The translations under genes and the position numbers were made by a program. The notes beneath the pieces are model-generated. The model saw only the letters and a list, made by a program, of their open reading frames with translations. It made no database searches and was not told the origin of the DNA. This document shows positions 48,369 to 59,347 of a stretch of 64,000 nucleotides of DNA, piece after piece (the stretch's first letter is position 1; every line of letters starts with the position of its first letter). Source of the DNA: a virus (taxonomy: Duplodnaviria > Heunggongvirae > Uroviricota > Caudoviricetes). The stretch lies in IMG/VR virus record IMGVR_UViG_2681813233_000007. The stretch is one strand, 5' to 3'.

Positions 48369-50027
48369 ATGAATAAGATTAGTTTTTCGGTAGGGCAGGC
48401 AGCTGGCGTTGCTGTAATGTCAGTAAATGCTGACGCTACCCTCACCAATACCAGCGGTGGCGCATCCGTCTTTGCTGGGCTTGTAATATCGCGTCGTGGC
48501 GCACCGGGTAAGGTACTGAAAGTTGACGATACGACTTATCAAAGCGTATTAGGTTCACCGATTCACCCTCGCCAGGGCGCGGCATTTGAACCATATCGCC
48601 ACGTGGAGCGTGCAGTAAAAGGCGGCTCTGGATATGTCGTTCGAGTTTGCGCTAAAGACATGAAGGTGCCGGGTATTTCTGTTTCCGTTGTGGGCAAAGC
48701 AAAAGCGGCAAAGGCGAGCAAAGAACTTTCCGTTGAACCTACTGAAACCACAGTAAATCCAGGTGACACATTAAGCGTTGGTGTTGCTTCAACTGCAACG
48801 ACTCAATCAGTGTCCTTCACACCCAAAGAGACGCCCCAGATTAAAGGTGAAGAGAAGGCATTATTCTTCATCAAAGATGGTGATGCATCTCAAAATCGCA
48901 CGTTATCACTAACTCGCGATGATGAAGAAAGCGAACTCTTTACGCTGACGCTGAAAGAAAAACAAACCGATGGGTCCATTGAGGTGCTGGAAAGCCACCA
49001 AGTGTCTTTCAATCCAGAAGGCACTAACGACATGGGCCAACCAGCATGGATTCCGACACTGCTTGAAAGCCAGTCCACTCGCATTGGTGCCGTACTGGCA
49101 GATAATGCAGAAGCATCCGCTGCTCAACTCATTTTTGAGGATGTAGCTTTTGAAGGTGGTACTGATGGAGATCTGTCCGAAATTGACACTGAAGACTATC
49201 TGGAAGCATTAAAGGTTCTCGAAGCTTCAGAGGTTAATTACACAGCATTGCTGTCACTGGGTTGTTATGACGCATCCGCCTTAGCCGCAATCAAAAAGCT
49301 GGCTGAAGATGTTCGCGTAGACATGTTCTATGACCTGAAGGGCAACCAGACACCTGAAAACGCTATTTCAGAAGCGAAAAGCCATAGTTTTGGCGGCTCA
49401 CATCAACCAAGCCGTTACTACTTCCCGCTCTCCTGCCGAGATACTTTCACTGGAATGAATGTCGTCTATGGCATTAGCTGCGACGCATTCGTAGCGAAAG
49501 CAAAAGGAGTGGCGCTGGTACCGGATGTTGGTGGTTGGCATTACGCACCGGCAGGTATATCACGCGCGATTATTGATCGACAGAACATTGCCCGAATTCC
49601 AAATATCGGTGCAGTTGATCGTGAAGCGTTCGTTCTTGCGCGCATTAATCCAGTTTCAGTTGCTGCTGACGGGTCCGTTTACATTGACGACTCTTTAACA
49701 ACTTACAGCAAAAACAATTATCTGCGATTCCAGCATGTGTCTTCCTTGATGAACGCCATCGCCAGAGATTTCTATGAAGTAGCTCAGGCGATTAAGCACG
49801 AACCGGATGGCATTACCAAAGAAACGCTAATGAAAGCAATGACTGAATTGCTTGACCGTTACGTTGCAGCCGGTGCGCTGGTTACTCCACGTGACAAGTC
49901 CCAGGGTGAAGATCCATATGTTGTTCAGGTTGTCCAAAAGGACATCGATCTGTGGGAAGTGTCCTGGTCTGTTTGTCCGACCGGTACAGCTCGCCGAATC
50001 GTCGGTAAGCCAATTCTGATGCGCTGA
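48369..50027 (+). CDS. putative tail sheath protein
   Basis: 552 aa; size and position within tail gene block. Confidence 0.5.
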   Translation: MNKISFSVGQAAGVAVMSVNADATLTNTSGGASVFAGLVISRRGAPGKVLKVDDTTYQSVLGSPIHPRQGAAFEPYRHVERAVKGGSGYVVRVCAKDMKVPGISVSVVGKAKAAKASKELSVEPTETTVNPGDTLSVGVASTATTQSVSFTPKETPQIKGEEKALFFIKDGDASQNRTLSLTRDDEESELFTLTLKEKQTDGSIEVLESHQVSFNPEGTNDMGQPAWIPTLLESQSTRIGAVLADNAEASAAQLIFEDVAFEGGTDGDLSEIDTEDYLEALKVLEASEVNYTALLSLGCYDASALAAIKKLAEDVRVDMFYDLKGNQTPENAISEAKSHSFGGSHQPSRYYFPLSCRDTFTGMNVVYGISCDAFVAKAKGVALVPDVGGWHYAPAGISRAIIDRQNIARIPNIGAVDREAFVLARINPVSVAADGSVYIDDSLTTYSKNNYLRFQHVSSLMNAIARDFYEVAQAIKHEPDGITKETLMKAMTELLDRYVAAGALVTPRDKSQGEDPYVVQVVQKDIDLWEVSWSVCPTGTARRIVGKPILMR

Positions 50028-50064
50028 TTTATAACCCCCGCTAAATGATGCGGGGGAGAGAGGT

Positions 50065-50805
50065 TTGAATATGAAAAATTATACTGCTGATCCTTTTATG
50101 CGTGCGATTTTCGGTTCTGGCTGCTTTGAAAGCGGTGATAAATCCACGCAGGACAATAATGATAACGCCATGCTGGAAAGCGCAGGACAGAAAGGAAAGG
50201 ACACTCAACCAAAGCCCAAAGACGACATTGAAACCGCGATGATGGAAGCGGTTGAATCCCGTGCACAAGGTGATATGCGCAGCCTGGCAGCGTCCATGCT
50301 TGCTGGTTGGGTTGAAGATGGTGATCCGGAGGCTGACTCATTTGATGCATTAGCAATCACTATGGCTGGCCTGGCTGATATCGATGAAGACACCGATTTC
50401 ACCGATGAGCAAATCGATGCTTATAACGATGCTCTCGCAGCTCTTGCTGATGCAGCTGTTGCGCTTGGCGCTGATCAGGACGATGTAACCGAAATGATCG
50501 ACGATGAAGATGACTCAGCTGCCGAACGTGTTTATGACGCTCTTTCCGAAAGCGACACCGACATGATGGAAACAGCTATTGCCATTTACACCGTTGCTGG
50601 TGGTGATAGCGCAATGCTGGAAGCGGTACGTAAAAAAGTGGTTCGTGATGGCAAGGTTACCATCATCCGTAAACGCCCGCGTCCTCGCCGCATGACGTCA
50701 TTGCAAAAACAGGCGCTGAAAAAAGCACGCCGCAAAGCACATACATCCGTAGCGAATATCAACCGCAAAAAATCAATGCGCATTCGCAAAAAACGCGGTT
50801 TGTAA
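50065..50805 (+). CDS. hypothetical protein (acidic core, basic C-terminus)
   Basis: ORF track. Confidence 0.5.
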   Translation: MNMKNYTADPFMRAIFGSGCFESGDKSTQDNNDNAMLESAGQKGKDTQPKPKDDIETAMMEAVESRAQGDMRSLAASMLAGWVEDGDPEADSFDALAITMAGLADIDEDTDFTDEQIDAYNDALAALADAAVALGADQDDVTEMIDDEDDSAAERVYDALSESDTDMMETAIAIYTVAGGDSAMLEAVRKKVVRDGKVTIIRKRPRPRRMTSLQKQALKKARRKAHTSVANINRKKSMRIRKKRGL

Positions 50806-50854
50806 GTGACATAGGCCGCCTGCAAAGGTGGCCTCTACCTGGGAGAAATAGCGT

Positions 50855-51445
50855 TTGATTTGCGGCGCGATAATGCCTGACGGAATAAGTCCGTTAATGA
50901 AGGTTTATATCCTCTCTTCAGAGGATATGGTCGTCGGTTATATCGGTGAAGGATCTACCGCAGAACTGTCATCAATGTGGCAATCACCATTTGAAAACCA
51001 GTCAGTAGGAGGTTTGCTTGGCGGTATTAGCGCTGCGGCTGGCTCTCTTGCAGATACGCTTCAGACCGCAACCGGCGTAACAACAAAAACCCTCTTCAAC
51101 TCAATGCTTGTTTGGGAAGGTCAGCAACCGCCTGAATTTAATCTGGTAATTGATTTCATGGCGACAACGAACGCGCAACTTGAAGTGAACGCAGCCATTA
51201 CAGCATTGCTGAAGATGGAATCGCCGGAACTGAACAATGTAGCGCCATTCGGTCGTCGCCCGGAGACTGTAACGTTAAACATAGGTAGGAACATAGCCCT
51301 TACCGACGTTGTTATCAAAAGCGTGAGTTACCAACTGGACGCCCCGCGCACACCGGAAGGCTATTTCACTCATAACACGGTAACCCTGCAATGCAGCGGT
51401 AACACATCGATCAACCGTAGCAATATCTCATCTGTTTTTGTGTAG
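50855..51445 (+). CDS. hypothetical virion-associated protein
   Basis: ORF track. Confidence 0.45.
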   Translation: MICGAIMPDGISPLMKVYILSSEDMVVGYIGEGSTAELSSMWQSPFENQSVGGLLGGISAAAGSLADTLQTATGVTTKTLFNSMLVWEGQQPPEFNLVIDFMATTNAQLEVNAAITALLKMESPELNNVAPFGRRPETVTLNIGRNIALTDVVIKSVSYQLDAPRTPEGYFTHNTVTLQCSGNTSINRSNISSVFV

Positions 51446-51453
51446 GAGTATTT

Positions 51454-51945
51454 ATGTCCGGTTTTGCAAATACAAAAGCCGATATGGCCTTTCTAAAATC
51501 CCGGTTTAATAAAAACCTGGCTGCAGGCGAAAAACTTATTGGTTCTGAATATTGGATGACCATTAAGGGTTACGAACATCTGTCTGTACTAGTTCGTACA
51601 GCTCAGTTACCAGAAATGACACGTGAAGATGTGGAGGATTACGCCCCTGGTGGCATGAAATTCAACCAGCACGGACCATTACGCAACTCTGGTGAATTTC
51701 AGGTCACATGCGCGGAAACTATCGAAGGCGCAGTTCTCGCCGCTGTAAAACAGATGGTATACGGAAAAGAATATCTGGAAATTACCTTACAGGCGGCGGC
51801 TGAATCGAATAGCGGTAACCATAAAGGTCTGATCCGCACATATTCTCATTGCAAAGTGTATTCCGACGCCGTGGACTTCTCATCCGAAGACGTAACGGCG
51901 GTCGTTAAACCTTCTCTGCGCATTGTTTACAACTGGGCGGAATAA
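51454..51945 (+). CDS. hypothetical protein (tail-tube-like size)
   Basis: ORF track. Confidence 0.45.
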   Translation: MSGFANTKADMAFLKSRFNKNLAAGEKLIGSEYWMTIKGYEHLSVLVRTAQLPEMTREDVEDYAPGGMKFNQHGPLRNSGEFQVTCAETIEGAVLAAVKQMVYGKEYLEITLQAAAESNSGNHKGLIRTYSHCKVYSDAVDFSSEDVTAVVKPSLRIVYNWAE

Positions 51946-51999
51946 TCCCTATCCCGCCCTTGTGGCGGGAACATCCTTGTTATTGAGTTGTAGGCAACA

Positions 52000-52551
52000 A
52001 TGACACCAATTGAATTATTAGAAAGCGTTAAAGAGCGATTTAATCCGCTGCTTGTGCGTGAAGAAGAAACGTTGAATGCATTCCTGATCAAAGCTCTGAC
52101 CACGTATCAGGACAGGGCAGGGGTAGTGAAAACGTTAAAACTTGAAAAAGCTGGTGGTACTGCAATCCCGTTGCCAGAAGATTATCTCTCTCTGGTTCAT
52201 GTTACCGACAACAACGGCTTGTTGGTCTATTCGGATGAATTATCCGGATTTATTGAATTAGAGCTAACAGGTTCAGAACGCTGGCCTTTTCGAATGCTGT
52301 ATCTGGTTAATCTACGCGACAGAAAGCTGGATGAATGGCAAGTGCCTCCTGCAATCATTGGAATGCTGGAGGAATATCTGGAGGCGCTTATCAATGTAAG
52401 AAATGTCGCCCGGCAGCGTAGAGCGTCCATCGACGGGAAATTTGACTACTCCGATCTGCCCGATGAAGCCACGCTATATGCCCGCGTGCAGGAGATTGAG
52501 GAAAAAATGTCCTCAAACCGGGCCATTATTCCGGGGGCTACCATTTTTTAA
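52000..52551 (+). CDS. hypothetical protein
   Basis: ORF track. Confidence 0.5.
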   Translation: MTPIELLESVKERFNPLLVREEETLNAFLIKALTTYQDRAGVVKTLKLEKAGGTAIPLPEDYLSLVHVTDNNGLLVYSDELSGFIELELTGSERWPFRMLYLVNLRDRKLDEWQVPPAIIGMLEEYLEALINVRNVARQRRASIDGKFDYSDLPDEATLYARVQEIEEKMSSNRAIIPGATIF

Positions 52552-52566
52552 CGCTGGAGGCGCAGA

Positions 52567-53274
52567 GTGAGTATTTTCAGCAGCGTTGGTAGAACGTTGA
52601 CCACCGCATTGTCATTTAACACGAAATCATTCACCAGCAACCTCATTAGCGACATTCTTGATAAAGCCATATCAGGCGGCGGGGTAAGCGGGAATTACAG
52701 TAGCGATATTGCCTACGGGAAAAATATTGTTGCTGCCGCTATGCGTATCCGTTACGCCCAGGGGTGGCAGTGGACCGTTGAAGTGGATGGCCTGAACGGC
52801 TTCGATATGTTCGTGAAGGATATCACCTACAGCAGTGGAAACATTGAGACAGAAAGCAAGGTGATCGGCAGCGTAGAATTCAGCAAGCCAACCTATGTTA
52901 GCGCCGGACCGGTCACTATGACCGTGAGGGATACCGAAGATGGCAAGATCATGGACTGGTTCAAAGAGCGTCGTTCTCGTGTAACAAATCCTGATGGAAC
53001 AATAAACCTTCCTCCTGAATATCTGATGAAAATCCGTGTCTACCGGGTAACTCAGGACGGCGGAAAAGAACTGGAAGAAGAAATGCGCGTATTTCCTACG
53101 CAACTTGGGGAAATCACACGCTCACGTGATCAGGTGTCAGAGTTCTTGTCATACCCAATCACTTTCCAGAAATACACATCCGCAGGCTCAGGTGTTTCTG
53201 CTTTGGTCAACGGTGCCGCGGGCATGGCTACAAGTGCGTTAAAGGGGGCTATCAGTGGAGTGATCAAATTCTGA
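52567..53274 (+). CDS. hypothetical protein
   Basis: ORF track; GTG start with GGAGG RBS. Confidence 0.5.
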   Translation: MSIFSSVGRTLTTALSFNTKSFTSNLISDILDKAISGGGVSGNYSSDIAYGKNIVAAAMRIRYAQGWQWTVEVDGLNGFDMFVKDITYSSGNIETESKVIGSVEFSKPTYVSAGPVTMTVRDTEDGKIMDWFKERRSRVTNPDGTINLPPEYLMKIRVYRVTQDGGKELEEEMRVFPTQLGEITRSRDQVSEFLSYPITFQKYTSAGSGVSALVNGAAGMATSALKGAISGVIKF

Positions 53275-53285
53275 AATGCTTTAAT

Positions 53286-53510
53286 TATGTGTGCTGTAGG
53301 GAAAGGTTTACGTTAAATGTGTGCTGCCGGGAAACCCCATTGCTCAAGATGTGTTGTAGAGGGAATGGTAATGGCAACATGTGTGCTGGAGGGGAATTTC
53401 GCATGTAAAGAGCGTCATTTATCCCGCCAGCACACATCTGAAATAAGCAATCCTCTGAAATTCCCTCCACCACACATCCAGACATGAAACTATCCCTTCA
53501 GCACACATTT
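53286..53510. repeat. incA-type iterons (RepA-binding 19-bp repeats) downstream of repA
   Basis: About seven copies of GATGTGTGCTGGAGGGAAA-like repeats in both orientations. Confidence 0.8.
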
Positions 53511-54372
53511 AATCTGTTGGTTTAAGTTTCGGATTCCGAGAGTGAACGATAATGAAGTTTTCACGACCTTGCTTTTCAATGGTGCAATCGAGATAACCTA
53601 TTGTTTTTAACTGGTCTATAGCTTTTTTTATCGTTCTGTTTTGCTCACTTACCGATGACATCAAGGCTAATCTTTCACGTATTCTGGCAAATGAAATAGG
53701 TATTGGACGTGCCGGGAGGCTTTCTATAAAGGTATATATGGCCTGGGCTGCTTCTTTTTTAGGTAAAGCGCGAAGTGCGTGTTGCTGTAGAAGCACCCGA
53801 TAGTCTAGCTGGAAGATTTCCCATAACTTGGAATCAGCCTCCAGTTCAACGACATCTGTTTCAAAGTCAAAATATCCCGTTTTAAGCAGGCCAGTATTGT
53901 AGCTTCCACGAGCACTTTTCCCTCTTTTGAATGAGATGCCTTTGTTGCGTAACCGACCTAAAGAATCGTGGATCGTGTTTCTTAATTTCCCATCAAGTCG
54001 CTTAGATGGAAATCCGCACGCCTTTGCAAATTCTTGAAAAGAAAGGCGAATTGTATTCGATGATAAGCCATACTTGCTAAATGAGTAGATTACCCCAATC
54101 CAGACTTTGAAATCAGTATCCATGTCCAAGCGAGGGCCAGTGATCTTGATGTTGTCGTAGCCTTCTGCTTGAGCTATTTCCAGTTTGGAAAAAACAGATG
54201 ATGCATCTATCTCGTTGTTTTCACCCTGTTTTTTAGTTGGTTTAGGGACGAAAACACCAAGCCGCATAAGTGCGACAGGTTGAACAGTATTGTTCGAATT
54301 AACTGTTAATTCTTTAGCCTTGCTTTCAATGTCAGCATAAAGAATATCAGAGATAAATGACTTATCCATCAA
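53509..54372 (-). CDS. repA: replication initiator RepA (P1 type)
   Basis: 287 aa, near-identical to P1 RepA as recalled (FISDILYADIESKAKELTVNSNNTVQPVALMRLGVFVPKP...). Confidence 0.95.
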   Translation of the reverse strand: MMDKSFISDILYADIESKAKELTVNSNNTVQPVALMRLGVFVPKPTKKQGENNEIDASSVFSKLEIAQAEGYDNIKITGPRLDMDTDFKVWIGVIYSFSKYGLSSNTIRLSFQEFAKACGFPSKRLDGKLRNTIHDSLGRLRNKGISFKRGKSARGSYNTGLLKTGYFDFETDVVELEADSKLWEIFQLDYRVLLQQHALRALPKKEAAQAIYTFIESLPARPIPISFARIRERLALMSSVSEQNRTIKKAIDQLKTIGYLDCTIEKQGRENFIIVHSRNPKLKPTD

Positions 54373-54426
54373 TAAGTTACCGTCATGTTGTGAATAAAGT
54401 TTACGACAGTGGATATCCGGCTTTTT

Positions 54427-54530
54427 TTCCCGTCAGCACACATCCTACATCCCGTCAGCACACATGTAAAACCCTCCAGCACACATATTTTTCCCGTCAG
54501 CACACATCATTTTCCCTCCAGCACACATCT
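54427..54530. repeat. incC iterons (five direct repeats) upstream of repA
   Basis: Five copies of TCCC(G/T)(T/C)CAGCACACAT. Confidence 0.8.
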
Positions 54531-54539
54531 GAATAGTGG

Positions 54540-54700
54540 TTAAAGCCTTATGTGGCGCGGCCTGAAGAGCTACGGGATCTATTTGGTACTATATGGATCT
54601 AATCAGGATCTATATATTGGATCTATCCTGTGGATAAAAAAGAAGAATTACAAAGCTCCACCCAATTTCACACACTACCTATCCTCCAACGAATAAACAG
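54540..54700. other. oriR-like plasmid origin (DnaA box plus GATC repeats)
   Basis: TGTGGATAA DnaA box; four GATCTA heptamers. Confidence 0.6.
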
Positions 54701-54723
54701 ACATCTGCTTATCGGAGGAATAC

Positions 54724-55545
54724 TTGAACATTCCAAAATTCCCATTGCCTTCCCGTCCTGAGACAGAAATTCAGTTCCACGCCCCTACCGTGAAGGATGC
54801 GCTGAAATATTCTGACCTGAACCCGGCAGAAGATGAGGCAACTACTACAGAGTACCTTAACTCTATGCAGGATGGTGAAATTAACGACAGTGCTTACTGG
54901 ACAGTCCAGGATCGCAGAACTGCCCTTTGGTGGATATTTGTTAATTCGCGCCCCGATGCAGTAATGACTTACTCCTATGAGTGCAGTCACTGCGGTAATA
55001 CGCATCACGCCGATATAAACCTGAGCGATCTGGCTCAAACAGTAGAGATACTCACTGTACCGCCTTACGTAAAAACCAACGTACCGGTAAACGGTGTACC
55101 AACTGACTGGATACTTAAACCATTAACCGGGAAAGGCGCGGAACTCCTTGAACGAATGCGAGCGTCACTTCCTGATATGAAAAGTCCCGAATACAGTGCT
55201 GGCGTAGCACGGATGCGAATTGCTGAACTCGCTTTATGCACGGCGCTTGAAGACGATCCGGAGGACTTCACGCAGGCCGCTAACCGACGCTTTGACATCA
55301 TTGAAAGCATGGCGCTTGAAACCGAATTTACCCCGCTTGTGGCTCGCATACAGCTTATGCAAAAAGACCTACGCCACGGCCTGAAAATGTCTATTGAGAG
55401 AGGCTCAAGCCGACTGATCCTGCCTCCGCAACATTGCAAAAACGCTAAGGAGGGTGCAGATGTGACAACCACACTGTACGTCCCCTTTCTCAATAGAGAG
55501 TTTATCCCATCAATTAGATCTGAATGGATGGCTAACCATTATTAA
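54724..55545 (+). CDS. hypothetical protein
   Basis: ORF track; TTG start with GGAGGA RBS. Confidence 0.45.
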   Translation: MNIPKFPLPSRPETEIQFHAPTVKDALKYSDLNPAEDEATTTEYLNSMQDGEINDSAYWTVQDRRTALWWIFVNSRPDAVMTYSYECSHCGNTHHADINLSDLAQTVEILTVPPYVKTNVPVNGVPTDWILKPLTGKGAELLERMRASLPDMKSPEYSAGVARMRIAELALCTALEDDPEDFTQAANRRFDIIESMALETEFTPLVARIQLMQKDLRHGLKMSIERGSSRLILPPQHCKNAKEGADVTTTLYVPFLNREFIPSIRSEWMANHY

Positions 55546-55559
55546 CAACCTGACTCTAT

Positions 55560-58500
55560 ATGGATATCAGCCCGTTAGCGACGTTGAACAATTACCGCAA
55601 TGGCGAGCACTCCATATGTCAAAAGCCCTGGAAGAAAAATACAAAGCTCAAGCCGGGAAACGTTGATCGCGCTGGTAAAAGAGAGGTTATTTTGAAAGAG
55701 AATAAAGACCGTATCGCAATAATTGACGCTATTCAGGAAGCGAGCACAAACGAACTTAAAGCTCTTGCTGAGGTAAAAGACGCCATTCTTTCTGGGGCAA
55801 GCACCATAACTCAACAGGACGAAAGGCAAGGCAGAGTTAGCAACAGACTATCACGCAGGCGTAAAGACTACGAGCAAAGTACATCTGATAGCGTTAGAGA
55901 TGTCCAAACTAACCCATATAAAAAACGTCTCCCTGCTAAAAAGGAGAGGGCACCGATAAACCAGACCGTGGACCGCTCTATCGTTGCAACGAACACACCA
56001 GAAAGTGTTCGTTCTGTGCAATCACGTCAGAACATCCGAAAATCGGACGGTTCTATACCGGTAGCTGCTAATTCAACTCCTCTTGAACCACAATCCCCCC
56101 AAAGTCTAAAAGGCCCGCTGCGGGATAGTAATGGACGTTTTGTATCCCAGAAAAGCAATGAGGATGTAGCCAGAAAAAAAGAATTGCAGAACGCACGTAA
56201 AGCCGACGCAAAATTACAAGCTGGCTTTCTCAGAAAGCTAGGTTCCATTATGGGGGTAGATGGCAATCAGTCTTCCAGTGAAGAGTCTTTAACAAATGCA
56301 GCTGGTGTCGGTGCTGGTGGGCCGTTATGGATGGCGGCTCGTGGCATGTACGACATAACTAAAGAGATCACAGGTAAAGCAGAATCTCTTAAAGAATGGG
56401 TAGAAAAGGGGAAAAAAGAAACATCAACCTCGAAAGCGATATCACCAGTAATTACTTATCCGGCGGCGGTGAATTCTCAAAAAGCAACATCTGCAAAAGC
56501 GTTCAATAACGCTGTTGAGACAAAATCCGCACAAGCAGTAGAAGAGCAAACCAAAATCCTTCAGACCAATGACAACAAAATAATTGATGGTCTGGAAAAT
56601 GTTTCTGACGAGATAGTTAAGCTTCGGAAATCAGTGTCTTCTGGAAATAAGTTCGGCTTAAGTGATCTCTGGAAAAATCGAGCAAGCAGAAGAAATAAAA
56701 TCAATATTGGTGATCGGGCGGGAAAAAATAAACGGAACAAATCGAAAAGGAAAGGCCACAATCTTGGGAAAAAAGCACTCTCCGTTGGCGAAAAAGTTGC
56801 TGCCGGTAGCGCTGCAGCTGGCACTGGTGTCGGAACAGCCAAAGCAGTTAAAAATAAGATCAGCAAACCCAAAGATGTAAGCACTATCAGCGATACATCA
56901 AAGGGGATTGCAAAGGAAACAAAAAATACTGCTAAGGCCGTGAAGTCAGCTGGTGTTGTGGCTGAAGATACTACCATTAAAACCGGCGAAGCCATTGCAA
57001 AGAAAAAAACTGAATCTGTAGCCCTCAAAAGTGCTGCAAAAATAGGTGTTAAATCAGCAGCATCCACAGCGGCAAGAGCGGTCCCTATCATCGGTTCGCT
57101 GGCAATGGCTGGATATGACGCCATAGATGGTTACACAGATACAGAGGCGCAAAAGGCAGCCTTTGGTTTAAGTGACGATGATGCTGTATCCGAACAGCAA
57201 AAAACGGCTTACGCAACAGCTAATGTGCTCGATATGGGGGGCTTGGTGTCGGGCGCAACAAACTTGATAGGGAAAGGAATTTCTGCGCTAGGATTTGAAA
57301 GAGCTGGTGAAAAACTTCAGAATTTTGATACCGGAGATATTGCTCGTGGTGTTAACGGTGCAGTAGATATCACCAAATCTGTTTTTGGTAGCCTTAAGGA
57401 TACATTTTTATCCACTGACGAAAACACGAAACAAGTAAAAAAAGCGGTTGAGGATGGCACCAAGAAGACCGTCGATGCGATTCATTCTTTAGGTGAGCAG
57501 CTACAAGGCGGGCGTGATGGTGAAGATGGTGTTGGTGAGCACGGGTATACTTCCCCGGCTGAATTTAATGCCCCTGCCAGCAACACCATTGCAGCGGATC
57601 TGAATATTGGTGGCAGCAACGCTAAAAACCGCAATTACCGGAATAATAACCTCGGCAACCTTGTTTTCGCTAATCAGGAAGGGGCTGCGCTGGAAGCACC
57701 AAATGCAAAAGGTGAACAACGTTTTGCGCGATTTAACACGCCTGAAGAAGGGATCAGGGCGCTGGCAAACCAGGTGTCAAGCTATTACAACGGCACCAGC
57801 GCCGCTGCTGGGTATCAGAAGCTACAGACGGTATCCAGTATTATTTCCAAATGGGCACCCCCAAAGGAGAACAATACTAATCAATATATTGATAACGTCA
57901 GCAAATATCTTGGCGTCTCGCCTAATGAAAAAATAGACGTCAGCAACCCAGAAGTTATGACGCAATTAGTTCGTGCAATAGCGACGAAAGAAGGTGGAAA
58001 CCCGGCGGTTAACAATGAGTTCATAAAGAATGCTCTTGGGGCATTTAACACAAACACTGGTCGATGGGAGGGACAATTCTCTGACGAAACATTGGCGCGG
58101 ATTAATAAAATTCAGAAAGAAAATGGTGGTCAGCTAATTGCCCGCGATTCGCAATATAGTGTTGGTCGCAAGGTAAAATATGCTAATGGAAAATCTCCAG
58201 CTCAACCAGTTTTGAATGCCGTTCCGACAGCAACACAACAGCCAATTGAGGTTGCACAACATGCCCAGGCAGTCAAAAAGCCACAAAAAACAGGCAATCA
58301 ATCGCAACCGATTAATCCAGAGAATGTTGATGTTAATACTGGCTCGCCATCAAGTCTGCTTGAGAGATTAATCGCTATAAATGACAGCGGGGTAGGTAAT
58401 TTATTTGGAGGTGCGGCTACCAGCATTGCTGGTACAAGCCTTGGCCTGATTAAGGATTTTGCGTCGGCGACTTCGTTTGGTTCTATATCTTCGCTTTCCG

Positions 58501-59342
58501 AAAAAGCGAAAGGAATGGATCAGGCTCTTACTGAAAAGATATCCAGCTTAACCGGTAAATCTTTTGGATTTCAAAAAGCAAGCCAGGTAACTGATATAAG
58601 AGACGCTTTACAAAAAAGACCAAAAGCTGAACGCGATATGCCTTCAGTGGATCTTCTTTCCGGTGTTTCTTCGGCAAGTGAGAGTGAAAAAATCTCTGTA
58701 AACTCAAGGGGGATTCCAGTTTATGACAATGGATACAAGGTAATTGATGGTGAAGATAAGGGGGTGCTTGGCTCTTTGTTTGACTCGTCATTAACAGGTC
58801 TGAAACGTATTAGCTCTGCTGTGTTACCTGCAATTGGCGATAACGTTTCACGACTTATTGGTGGGGTAGATGGCACTGGCATTGTTAATGATTTGGTTTA
58901 TCAGGCTACTGGGCAGAACTCAACAATTGCGAGGGCTATTAGCCCGCTTACCAGGAGCGCCGGTAGTTGGCTGAATAATGGTATTCAACAAACCGCAGAT
59001 AGCATTAGAGGTATATCAAACGAAGCCAATAATGCCATATTTGGCTCTGCGTCAGCCGTGCAAGAACCTTTTCTTGCTATGCCACCACAGCTTCCTACTG
59101 TAACAGATCTCGCACGAAGCGGAATAAGACAACCATTAACTACTGACACTATAAATAACGATCCTGCTATGTTGAAGGCGCTGGATAACATCTGCTCTAT
59201 CCTGAACGACCTTCTGAATGTGAACAAGAACAATACAAAAGGCGATCCGGATAAGGTTGTCAAAACATCGCAGCCGCAACCGCGACCACGTGCTAGCACA
59301 ACTATTAATGACCCGTCGCTGGATGCTCTGCTTGAGGATTAA
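55560..59342 (+). CDS. large virion protein (Sit-like / tape-measure-like)
   Basis: 1260 aa, Lys/Ala-rich extended regions; positioned before baseplate genes. Confidence 0.55.
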   Translation: MDISPLATLNNYRNGEHSICQKPWKKNTKLKPGNVDRAGKREVILKENKDRIAIIDAIQEASTNELKALAEVKDAILSGASTITQQDERQGRVSNRLSRRRKDYEQSTSDSVRDVQTNPYKKRLPAKKERAPINQTVDRSIVATNTPESVRSVQSRQNIRKSDGSIPVAANSTPLEPQSPQSLKGPLRDSNGRFVSQKSNEDVARKKELQNARKADAKLQAGFLRKLGSIMGVDGNQSSSEESLTNAAGVGAGGPLWMAARGMYDITKEITGKAESLKEWVEKGKKETSTSKAISPVITYPAAVNSQKATSAKAFNNAVETKSAQAVEEQTKILQTNDNKIIDGLENVSDEIVKLRKSVSSGNKFGLSDLWKNRASRRNKINIGDRAGKNKRNKSKRKGHNLGKKALSVGEKVAAGSAAAGTGVGTAKAVKNKISKPKDVSTISDTSKGIAKETKNTAKAVKSAGVVAEDTTIKTGEAIAKKKTESVALKSAAKIGVKSAASTAARAVPIIGSLAMAGYDAIDGYTDTEAQKAAFGLSDDDAVSEQQKTAYATANVLDMGGLVSGATNLIGKGISALGFERAGEKLQNFDTGDIARGVNGAVDITKSVFGSLKDTFLSTDENTKQVKKAVEDGTKKTVDAIHSLGEQLQGGRDGEDGVGEHGYTSPAEFNAPASNTIAADLNIGGSNAKNRNYRNNNLGNLVFANQEGAALEAPNAKGEQRFARFNTPEEGIRALANQVSSYYNGTSAAAGYQKLQTVSSIISKWAPPKENNTNQYIDNVSKYLGVSPNEKIDVSNPEVMTQLVRAIATKEGGNPAVNNEFIKNALGAFNTNTGRWEGQFSDETLARINKIQKENGGQLIARDSQYSVGRKVKYANGKSPAQPVLNAVPTATQQPIEVAQHAQAVKKPQKTGNQSQPINPENVDVNTGSPSSLLERLIAINDSGVGNLFGGAATSIAGTSLGLIKDFASATSFGSISSLSEKAKGMDQALTEKISSLTGKSFGFQKASQVTDIRDALQKRPKAERDMPSVDLLSGVSSASESEKISVNSRGIPVYDNGYKVIDGEDKGVLGSLFDSSLTGLKRISSAVLPAIGDNVSRLIGGVDGTGIVNDLVYQATGQNSTIARAISPLTRSAGSWLNNGIQQTADSIRGISNEANNAIFGSASAVQEPFLAMPPQLPTVTDLARSGIRQPLTTDTINNDPAMLKALDNICSILNDLLNVNKNNTKGDPDKVVKTSQPQPRPRASTTINDPSLDALLED

Positions 59343-59347
59343 TACAG

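Noticed and set aside
53286-54530. Possible CRISPR array (regularly spaced short repeats)
   Set aside because: Repeats are 19-bp RepA iterons flanking repA in both orientations, with no uniform spacers and no cas genes.
56561-57124. 187-aa minus-strand ORF
   Set aside because: Antisense within the Sit-like gene; Ala/Pro-rich artefact.
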